The notes beneath the pieces are model-generated. The model saw only the letters and a program-made list of their open reading frames with translations. It was not told where the DNA came from and made no database searches. This document shows positions 26,939 to 36,096 of a DNA stretch of 36,096 nucleotides, piece by piece. Position numbers and translations under genes: made by a program. Numbering within the stretch: the first letter of the stretch is position 1; every line of letters starts with the position of its first letter. Source of the stretch: Octopus bimaculoides (Eukaryota); the NCBI RefSeq assembly GCF_001194135.2, contig NC_068987.1:106273211-106309306 (forward strand). Direction: 5' to 3'.

Positions 26939-28365
26939 GTATCTCCCCTTTTGAGATTTCGATTATTGTGAGAAAGTGGAATTCCTTTTCTTTTTTCAAA
27001 TTTCGTTCCAGGTCCTCTCCCTCATTTTTTTTTTGTAATAGCTGTTGTACCCTTCATTCTACTGTATGTCTCATCTTTAACTGGTTATGATGTCTCTTAT
27101 GTTTCGAACGTTGTCTTTTTTAATCAATTACGTCATGTTATCTAATCTTTTGATTACACAGCCATACTGCCAACCTTCTTTACCATTTTTGTAATTTTAA
27201 TAATGAACTTCGAAATGTTCTGTTATATGTCTTCACATGTAGAAATTTGTGAGATTTTTTACCGTAAAAATCGATAGAGCCTCCTTTTCTATCTGACTAT
27301 ACTTTCCTCCTGCTGCTATCACCGAACGTGCAGCATGACCTACTGGCTTCATATTTCGATCTTTATACTTGTGAAGCAAAACTGCTCCTATTCCATGCTC
27401 AGAAGCATCAGATGCTACAACAATGTCTATTCTGGAATAAAAATACACCAGTGACAAGTCAGAAATTAGTATCTTCGATATGTCTTTAAATGCGTTCTGG
27501 CACTTTACTGTCCAATTCCATTTTCTTTCTCTCAATTTATGCACATTTGCAATGTACTGGTGCTCTCAATTTATGTATGTTTGGCATAAACTGTTGATAG
27601 TAATTTACTAGTCAAAGGAAAGCTTATAAAGTCGGGTATTCGTTGGGGGAGGCATATTTTTGATTGTGTCTACACTCGACGGATCAAGGCATCTTCCATT
27701 CTTATCTATAATTTGACCTAGCTATTTGATTTTAGGCGAAAAGAATTCATTCTTCTCTTCACTGAGTGTGAAACCATAACCTTTAATGTTTTATAGATAC
27801 ACTTCATGTGTTCGATATCCTCATTCCACGATTCGCTTTTGATTAACACGTCATCAAGATAAGGAATAGCAAATTGACAGTCTGCCAACATCGCGTCCCT
27901 CACCTGTTGATATGTTGCAGGTGCTACCTTCAGTTAAAAAGTAGCCTATTGTACTTGTATAGACCTCTGGACGTGTTGACCGTAAACAGCTTTGAGCATT
28001 TTTTTTTATCTACTTTGATTTGTAGATATACGGCAGACAGATCGAGTTTTGAAAATATTTTTGCTCCGTTGAGTTTTGTAAAAATATCTTCTCGGGCCTG
28101 TAGTGGATATTGGTTCATTTTTTAAGTCATTTTAACCGATCAAAAAATCAGCACACAACCTATTTTTTTAAAATTTTTCCTTTTTATACATACATACAGT
28201 CGGAGCTACCTATTTCGCGTAATCTACTTCTTCAATGATTCCGTGTTTTTCAGATCTATCCAACTCGTTGTCTACTTGCTTTATTGCCACAAAATGCACT
28301 TTCCTATTAGGTTTGAACACAGGTATACCGTTATCACGCTTCAATCTTTGTTCATAGACCTAGTT
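26939..28365 (-). mobile_element. Decayed Ty3/Gypsy pol (RT plus partial RNase H; integrase deleted), Mag/K02A2.6-like
   Basis: Minus-strand remnants in order: PVFKPNRKVHFVAIKQVDNELDR, RLCADF, QYPLQAREDIFTKLNGAKIFSKLDLSAVYLQI...GLYKYNRL, PYLDDVLIKS (catalytic YLDD), WNWTVKCQNAF...VVASDASEHGIGAVL...YSQIEKEAL (RNase H), then directly HKRHHNQLK and the PPT. Confidence 0.92.
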
Positions 28366-28617
28366 TATCCGTGAGTACTTACGGAAACATTTAAAAAAAT
28401 CTTCTCTTTAAATTTTCAGACGAATCATTTTTAGAGGGACAATCATTTACGGTTTTACAATAGAGATTTATGGGGAGGTCCCATAAATCGAATAAATAAA
28501 TCGAATATGCATGTAAATTTTTGACTAATGGGTATATGTCATATATCGTGTTGAGTAAAGCACGCCCACAGTTTAGGCTATCTGGTGTTATACACAATTA
28601 GGGAATATATATATATA

Positions 28618-28789
28618 TATATTTAAGAATTTAAGGATTGGAGAAAACGCATGTTATAATTGCATGCTTTATTCCTACATATGTTTCAAAGGATTACAAC
28701 CTGTGTGATCCATAGGGATCTTTGATATTAAAATTGTAACCTTCTCATCAGGGAAAGCATGGGAATCAATCCTTAAATTCTTAAATATA
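28618..28789. mobile_element. Short element with 23-bp terminal inverted repeats enclosing a hammerhead fold
   Basis: TATATTTAAGAATTTAAGGATTG (28618-28640) is the exact reverse complement of 28767-28789. The left end merges into a (TA)n run. Confidence 0.7.
28663..28761 (-). ncRNA. Type I hammerhead ribozyme motif (Penelope/retrozyme-like)
   Basis: Minus strand reads CATGCTTTCC-CUGAUGA-GAAGGTTACAA...TTGTAATCCTTT-GAAAC-ATAT-GUA-GGAATAAAGCATG. Full core CUGAUGA/GAAA; stem II of 11 bp with one bulge; stem III AC(ATAT)GT palindromic; GUA cleavage triplet; stem I TTCC/GGAA plus CATGCT/AGCATG. Confidence 0.75.
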
Positions 28790-29110
28790 CTCAAATACCC
28801 AAAATTTCAAGGAGTTCCTGCCTTAAAAACAGGAACTAAACCACAGTTATTTTGTGTTCTTTGCTACATTGGTTTCTATTAACCCATTTATTCTATCAGA
28901 AGAATTTTTATTCATTAAGATAGAAGAAATACACATAATTATATNNNNNNNNNNNNNNNNNNNNNNNNNNNNNNNNNNNNNNNNNNNNNNNNNNNNNNNN
29001 NNNNNNNNNNNNNNNNNNNNNNNNNNNNNNNNNNNNNNNNNNNNNNNNNNNNNNNNNNNNNATATATATATATATATATTCTGGATTTAGAAACGTCAGG
29101 AATTCCGCAG

Positions 29111-29514
29111 AGATACTAATGATATATGAAAAAAATAGAGAATAGATTTAGCATAAGTCTTTATTCAGTACGACGATCGTTTCGACTCATCCTGCAACTG
29201 TCCGTAATGGGTAGGATTTTGTGCATCTAATATTGTTGCATCAATCTGTGCATAAATAAGCGGATGTCCGGATAGAAATACTGAAATGTGTTAGGCATCG
29301 AACAACATGCCTATGATATCTCATTATGTATTGCAGGACATCCCATTCTTTATCCATATACCTGATGTGACTTAAACTGCACAGATGATGCAACACAATT
29401 GGATGCAAAAATTCCTACCTATTACGGACAGTTGCTGGATGAGTCGAAACGATCGTCGTACTGAATGAACACTTGTGCTAAATCTATTCTCCGTTTCATT
29501 CATCAATTATATCT
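29111..29514. mobile_element. Foldback element with arms of about 145-150 bp carrying hammerhead 3' halves
   Basis: 29111-29260 and 29371-29514 are imperfect inverted repeats (e.g. TTCAGTACGACGATCGTTTCGACTCATCC / GGATGAGTCGAAACGATCGTCGTACTGAA), with a spacer of about 110 bp and (TA)n on both sides. Confidence 0.8.
29358..29465 (+). ncRNA. Hammerhead-like motif with one core substitution (probably inactive copy)
   Basis: TAC-CUGAUGU(29362-29368; A9 changed to U)-GACTT...GAGTC-GAAAC(29446-29450)-GATC-GUC-GTA. Stem II GACTT/GAGTC is extended by AACTG/CAGTT; stem III ACGATCGT is palindromic; stem I is only 3 bp. Confidence 0.5.
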
Positions 29515-30259
29515 ACATCTATATATATATATATGAAGTGCGTATGAATCGTTATATATATATATATATATAGACGTGTGCGTGTATAAATATGTATGTA
29601 TGCACACACGCACACACACATGTGATTTATGTAATGTAGAACACGCTTCCATTTAATTTGTATTTAGCAATTTGTACTAACAAATCATGGGTTCATACGT
29701 GATTATGGTAGACAGAACTTGTCCAAAATAAAGCCCTTTGGTATTGAACCTGGAAGAAAATAGATTCCCACAGGTTTCTGTCAGAGTCCCTCACTTTAAA
29801 ACAAGGACCATGTTTTTAAACTGCTATATTAAGTATTCGAAGAGTCAAGGAAAATGATAGATTTTCAACGAATTGGTTAAACGTGCGCAGTAGCGGCAAC
29901 AGGTATTTGACTGACTGTTGTTTGCAATATTCATTTAATTAATTTGATGCAAATGAGACTTAAATATTTTTGAAAAGGGCTAATATAATTTAGACAAATA
30001 GAAAACTAATTTCGTAATGGGAAATCAGCAACAGAGATAAAAAAAAACAATAACAAAAACAAATGCGGCAACAATAACAAAATGAGAAAAGAAAAGAAAA
30101 AAATAGAGGTAGGAATATAACAAAAGGAAAGACATTAACAAGCTGTATAAACAACAACGAATACAAGAACAAAAGAATAGTGGAATAGTAAGAGCATCGA
30201 CGCGTAAACATACAGGCGTATGTTGATACATACACATACAAAGACACACATACACACGC

Positions 30260-30496
30260 ATACTCAAGCAATTATATACACACACAAACAATCACATACA
30301 CACAAATATATACATAAAACTACATATACATATGTGTGTGTATATATATATATATATATATCTATATATATATATATGGTGTGTGTGTGTGTGCGTGCAC
30401 GTGAGTGTGTGTATGTGTGTGTGAGTGAGAGAAAGAGGGTGCTTGTGTGAGAGTATACATATATATACACACACACACACACCCATATATATATAG

Positions 30497-30549
<53 letters not shown>

Positions 30550-30630
30550 ATATATTATAATGTAATATAGTATAATATACATATATATATATATGCATAC
30601 TTATATGTAGTACACACACTCACACACGCA
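30260..30630. repeat. Mixed (AC)n/(AT)n/(GT)n microsatellite cluster
   Basis: Alternating dinucleotide runs seen directly. Confidence 0.9.
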
Positions 30631-31399
30631 CACATGTATGAATACATCTGCGTATAGACACTTACTATCAAGGCAAAGTTATAAGTTGAACACACACATG
30701 TAGTTTATCAAATATCCATTGAAAGAAAAATAATAATATAAAATACAATAATACAAAACTAAAGAAAAAAAATAACACTCTCATAAAACCCTAAACCGAA
30801 TCAAACAACAAGGAAAAATAATGAAACAAACACATGGATATAAAACAACAACAACAATAATAACAACATGGATGATGTTAGTATATAGGCACCAGCGCGG
30901 CTCAAACATAGCAACAGCAGCATCTACGAATGCACCGCGTCTATTGTGCTCGTCTAGCACGTGCTAATTAAAATTATGTCCTTATATGGATTGATACTTC
31001 CATGGAGTTGATGGGAGACTTTCTTTCCTTTTCAAGTTATTTGTTACTTTCTGTCTTTCGTTCCTAGTTTCATTCCCCCATCCCGCTTCGTTTTCATTCA
31101 CTTTCTTTCTTTATTTTGTTCTTTATTGTTTCGTTCCATCTGTCGTTAGTTTCTAGTTTTCATTCTTTCTTTCAGTCCGTCCTTCTTTCTGGTATTTCTT
31201 TTTTTGTTTTCGCTTTCTCTTTTTTTTTGTTTTAGTTTAATTTTTCTTTCATTTTATTTCTTTCATTCATACTTGCTTTCCTTCATTTTTTCGTCTCTTC
31301 CATCTACAAATCACAATCTCTTTCATTCTTCATTTAGTTCTGCGTTCCTTTCTTTCATTTTTTAAAAAACATTCTTTTCTTTATTCTTTCTACTATTTC

Positions 31400-32425
31400 C
31401 TTCTTTGCTTCATTTAGTCATTCATTCACTGATTCACTCCTTCGATCTTTATTTCTTTTATTCTCTTTCTCTTCTTTGTTTCATTTAGTCTTTCATTCAC
31501 TGATTCACTCCTTCGATCTATATTTATTTTATTCCCTTTTTCTTTGTTTCATTTAGTCTTTCATTCACTGATTCACTCCTTCGACCTATATATATTTTAT
31601 TCCCTTTTTCTTTGTTTCATTTAGTCTTTCATTCACTGATTCACTCCTTCGATCTATATTTATTTTATTCCCTTTNNNNNNNNNNNNNNNNNNNNNNNNN
31701 NNNNNNNNNNNNNNNNNNNNNNNNNNNNNNNNNNNNNNNNNNNNNNNNNNNNNNNNNNNNNNNNNNNNNNNNNNNNNNNNNNNNNNNNNNNNNNNNNNNN
31801 NNNNNNNNNNNNNNNNNNNNNNNNNNNNNNNNNNNNNNNNNNNNNNNNNNNNNNNNNNNNNNNNNNNNNNNNNNNNNNNNNNNNNNNNNNNNNNNNNNNN
31901 NNNNNNNNNNNNNNNNNNNNNNNNNNNNNNNNNNNNNNNNNNNNNNNNNNNNNNNNNNNNNNNNNNNNNNNNNNNNNNNNNNNNNNNNNNNNNNNNNNNN
32001 NNNNNNNNNNNNNNNNNNNNNNNNNNNNNNNNNNNNNNNNNNNNNNNNNNNNNNNNNNNNNNNNNNNNNNNNNNNNNNNNNNNNNNNNNNNNNNNNNNNN
32101 NNNNNNNNNNNNNNNNNNNNNNNNNNNNNNNNNNNNNNNNNNCTTCTTTGTTTCATTTAGTCTTTCATTCACTGATTCACTCCTTCGATCTATATTTATT
32201 TTATTCCCTTTTTCTTTGTTTCATTTAGTCTTTCATTCACTGATTCACTCCTTCGATCTATATTTATTTTATTCCCTTTTTCTTTGTTTCATTTAGTCTT
32301 TCATTCACTGATTCACTCTTTCGATCTTTATTTCTTTTCTTTCTATTTTCCTTCTTTGCTTCATTCAGTCTTTCATTCACTGATTCACTCCTTCGATCTT
32401 TATTACTTTTATTCTCTTTTCCTTC
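31400..32425. repeat. 68-bp minisatellite array spanning an assembly gap
   Basis: The motif CATTCACTGATTCACTC recurs at 31423, 31494, 31562 and 31630, then at 32166, 32234, 32302 and 32374 (spacings 71, 68, 68 and 68, 68, 72). The N-gap at 31676-32142 lies inside the array. Confidence 0.95.
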
Positions 32426-33205
32426 TTTGTTTTATTTTTCTCTTTCAGTAATTTGCTCTTTCTTTCTTACATTCTCTCTTTCATTATTTTCTTTCATTCT
32501 TTCTCTGTTTTGTACATTCCCTCGTTTTTCCTTCATTTTGCGGCTTCTTGTCTTAGTCATTTGGCTTCTCATCCTACCCCTCTTTTATTATTTCCTTCTG
32601 TTGTCCATTCTTGCATTCCTTCATTATTCCTCTCATTTTTCTTTCATTCTTTCTTTCCTTCTTTTCTCCTCTTCAGTTCGGTTATTCTTTCTCCCTTCTC
32701 CCTCTTCTCTCTCTTTCCACCTTTCACTTCTGCTCTATTTCTCTCTCCATTTCGCCATCACTCTCTATCTTTCTTACTATCTCTCTCTCTCTTCTCTCTC
32801 TCTCTTTCTTCTCTCTCTTCTCTCTCTCTCTCTGTTCTCTCTCTCACTTACTCCCTCTCTCTCTTTCCCTCCCCCCTCTCTCTCTGAATATATTCCTTCA
32901 TTATTTGGTATTATTCATGCTTGTGTTTACGTTCTGCCATGTTATAAGCCAACACGGGCATTGGCTCCGGCTACCTTAAAGGTCAGCTCATGTAAACACA
33001 TCGCCACAATAGAAACAGAGACTATAAACAGATGGAGGGGGAATGAAAGACAGCGGTAAATAAAGAAAGAGAGGGGGAAAAGGCTGAGAGAGAAAGAGAG
33101 AGAAGACAAAGGGTAAGGGGAGACATGGGACAGAGAGTGGGATGGAGTTGAATCACAATGGTGTAAGAATAACATACCACCGCCGCAGCACGTCCACCAT
33201 CATAT

Positions 33206-33264
<59 letters not shown>

Positions 33265-33311
33265 GCCTCCCCCGCAGCCGCTACTACTACTACTACTACT
33301 ACTACTACTAT

Positions 33312-33359
<48 letters not shown>

Positions 33360-33374
33360 CACTACTACTACTAC
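33206..33374. repeat. (ACT)n microsatellite with a GCC-rich interruption
   Basis: Two ACT runs separated by GCCTCCCCCGCAGCCG. Confidence 0.95.
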
Positions 33375-33435
33375 CGCTGCTGCTGCACCTTCCGCTGCTG
33401 CTTCTACAGGTGATGCTACTGCAAACATCTATTAT

Positions 33436-33500
33436 CAGTCTATCTGTCTGTCTATCTATCTATCCCTCCATCCCTCCATCATTCCATCTATGTATCTATG

Positions 33501-33554
<54 letters not shown>
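33436..33554. repeat. (TCTA)n/(TCCA)n tetranucleotide tract
   Basis: Seen directly. Confidence 0.92.
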
Positions 33555-33555
<1 letters not shown>

Positions 33556-33880
33556 GTGTTTGTGTGTTTGTGCGTGTGTTTTCTTTGTGTGTGTGTCTGT
33601 TTGTGTGTGCGTGTGTGAGTGTGTGTGTACCCCCAACATATACCGACCTACCTTTAACTATTATATGCGTGTACCCAGGTGAAAAAAATGGAAGATATGG
33701 CATTATACAAAACTACAAGTACATTGTCAAAATATATTTATTTAAAATTGAAATATCACAAATTATTCCTGTAATGTGAACAACGGAACTTTGGGTATAT
33801 TAAAATCCATATCGTAGAATATAATTTCTATGCGTGTTGTGTGTATGTATTTTGTGTGTTTCTGTGTGTGTGTACAATTA

Positions 33881-34233
33881 GATGCGCGCGCTGGTAAGAA
33901 ACTTGCTTCTCAACCACATGGTTCTAGGTTTAGTCCCACTGCGTGACACCTTCAGCAGGTACCATCCACTATAACCCCGGGCTGATAATAGCGTTGTGAG
34001 TGGATTCGGTAGACGGAAACTGAAAGAAACCTAAGGTGTATATACTTATATATGTGTCTGTGAGTTTGTGTCTGTGTTTGTTCCGACCATCACCAATTGA
34101 CAACCAGTTTTGGTGTGTTTACGTCAGCATAACCTAGCTGTTCGGCAAAAGAGACCCATAGAATAAGTACCAAATGTCGATTTGTTTGTCTAATATTCTT
34201 CAAGGCGCTGATCCATAATGACGATGGCCAAAT

Positions 34234-34237
<4 letters not shown>
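33881..34237 (+). mobile_element. CORE-like SINE, family B, near full length, diverged
   Basis: tRNA-like head (CTGGTAAGAAACTTGC...GGTTTAGTCCC, B-box-like), then colinear with 261-575; ends in a (TA)n run. Confidence 0.82.
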
Positions 34238-34287
<50 letters not shown>

Positions 34288-34779
34288 TTTAATCAAACGA
34301 TTAAATGTGGTACTTAAAATGTTTGAGGCACCAAAATTTGGTAGGGTAAAAACCCAAAACAAAATCAAGAGATTTGGTGAATAAAATTTGAAGTTATTCA
34401 ACAAAAATTCAATAGGTTATAGCAGTACGTACGTTTCGTACAAGCTCCATTCCTTAGGGTATTGTCCTTCCATTTCCTTTTTCTTTCTTTATGTATGTAT
34501 CTGTGTGTCATATACTTATGTATGTTATTCAGTTTCCTTTCTAGATTTCTTGCCAATACAGATAGTTTCTAATCTATGACTCCTTCATTGGAATTTTAAA
34601 CATCAACCACGTATCTGCGTATGTTTGCGTGCTCTTGTGTAATATTTCATTGAAGTGCATATGCTAACTTGTATGTTTTATGTATGTATTCTCATACATA
34701 TCCAGTATGTCTCGACATGCGCATATATACTTAAGTGCTAAACTTATGGGAAGGTGTATATATATATATATATATATAT

Positions 34780-35745
34780 ATAGTATCCAGAAAATTTCGC
34801 CTGATTTTTATTTTATTGTACATTGTATTGTATTAACGTATTGTATTATATTACTGTTGTATAATTATTGTATCTTTGTAGATTCGTATTCGAGACTTCG
34901 GGAACATGGCTTTTAGACTGAATCGGAATCAACGAATTGCTGCTGTCCGACATTACCATGAGTATGGCTCAAATGCAGCTGAGTTAAGTCGTCGCGTCAT
35001 TGAAGAATTTCATATTCATGCAGTTCAGGACAGGAACATCAAGTCAGTCGTTAACAAGTTCGAAACAACGGGCTTTGTAAACGACGGACCCAGATCTGGA
35101 CGAAGCGCTACTTCAAAAGACGATGAAAAAATTGAGCAGTTGGAAACTAGTCAAATCAAGTCTGCAGAAATCTGATCGGTGACTATCTCGTGAACTCGAA
35201 ATCAGTCGTCAAAGCGTGCATAGCTTGTTGCGTAAAATGAATTTAAGGCCCTACATTCCTCGCCTGTTCCATGCTCTGCACGATGGAGATGTTGGTCGCA
35301 AATGAAACTTTACAGGATAAGATTTAGTGGTTAGATGAAGCATGCTTTAAATTAAACGGCCACATTAACAGACATAATTGCTCGAATTGGGGTCATGAAA
35401 ATCCACATGTGGCATTGTAGAAGTAAGTTAACCTCCCAGGAGTAACTGTCTTGGCTACGATTTCATAGAATGGGATTATCGGCCCATTCTTCTTCTTCTT
35501 CGATGAGCCAGTCACTGGAGGACGGTACCTCAGCATGCTTCAAACCTCTTTCTTTCCTCAAGTGCATCAACAGAAAAACATTCGCTTCGAACATGATGGG
35601 CTCAAAACCACTATGCACATTGTGTTCATGAATGGCTTCACCTCAATTTTAATGGATTGGTCGGCGTGGATCGATCGAATGACCAGCCTGTTCACCCGAT
35701 TTAACCCCTGTGAATTTATTCTTGTAGGGTGTACAAAGAGAGACT
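34780..35745 (+). mobile_element. Decayed Tc1/mariner element, rosa/DD41D-like, with DUF4817-type HTH N-terminus
   Basis: ORF 34906-35175 MAFRLNRNQRIAAVRHY...IKSVVNKFETTGFVNDGPRSGR, followed after stops and frameshifts by [53 protein letters not shown]...VTGGRYLSML, FEHDG and PACSPDLTPVNLFL. Confidence 0.92.
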
Positions 35746-35799
35746 GCGAACCATTCCTGATCTTCCTCGAGTTATTAATTTCATACAGTTGCTTTCAAA

Positions 35800-35803
<4 letters not shown>

Positions 35804-35838
<35 letters not shown>
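35804..35838. repeat. (GA)n microsatellite
   Basis: Seen directly. Confidence 0.95.
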
Positions 35839-35841
<3 letters not shown>

Positions 35842-36096
35842 GGAGACAGAGAGACAAAAGGTTTACTAAGAAATGGAAGAGAGAGAGTGAAGCTTACCTT
35901 TAAGAGGAGAGAACTGCTTCAGGGTTTACAATCTGTTAATTATTAATACAAGGGTGCTTTTCCTTATGAATAAGAAAGTATATGGAATAATATTTCCATA
36001 TAATACATTTATTTGTTTTGAAGTGTCCCAGTAGTTGCTGATAGCACCAGTTCGCTCTTCTTAAGGGCTACTTAGTACAGTATAACTTGGGATCAT

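Noticed and set aside
31400-32425. Regularly spaced repeats as a possible CRISPR array
   Set aside because: The units are contiguous, with near-identical sequence between motifs and no unique spacers; there are no cas genes and the context is eukaryotic.
32427-33059. 210-aa hydrophobic F/L/S-rich ORF resembling a membrane protein
   Set aside because: It is a by-product of the pyrimidine-only strand, which lacks stop codons; no family motif is present.
33142-33618. Thr-rich mucin-like ORF
   Set aside because: It is simply the translation of the (ACT)n and (TCTA)n microsatellites.
35947-36096. TACAAGGGTG as the start of another mariner terminal repeat
   Set aside because: Only a few bases resemble the motif and the window ends before any support appears.

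Overview
AT-rich, repeat-dense eukaryotic scaffold with 10 N-gaps; nine are flanked by (TA)n runs and one lies inside a minisatellite. The SINE families and microsatellite load point to a cephalopod, probably Octopus (inferred from remembered repeat sequences, not from a search). No intact protein-coding gene can be supported, and every long ORF in the track is an artefact of N-runs or microsatellites. Identifiable content: five tRNA-derived SINE copies from two families; four decayed Tc1/mariner elements (two rosa/DD41D-like, one mariner/DD34D-like, one maT/DD37D-like); a decayed CR1-type LINE reverse transcriptase (RT) on the minus strand; an internally deleted Ty3/Gypsy element with its 3' LTR and polypurine tract (PPT); a 68-bp minisatellite; and many simple repeats. 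The most notable signal is at 28.6-29.5 kb, where two short foldback elements of unrelated sequence each carry a type I hammerhead-ribozyme fold with a palindromic stem III and an unusually long stem II. One has an essentially intact catalytic core. A third foldback element with no recognisable ribozyme lies at 8.9-9.1 kb. A few isolated minus-strand exon-like segments exist but do not chain into a gene model.
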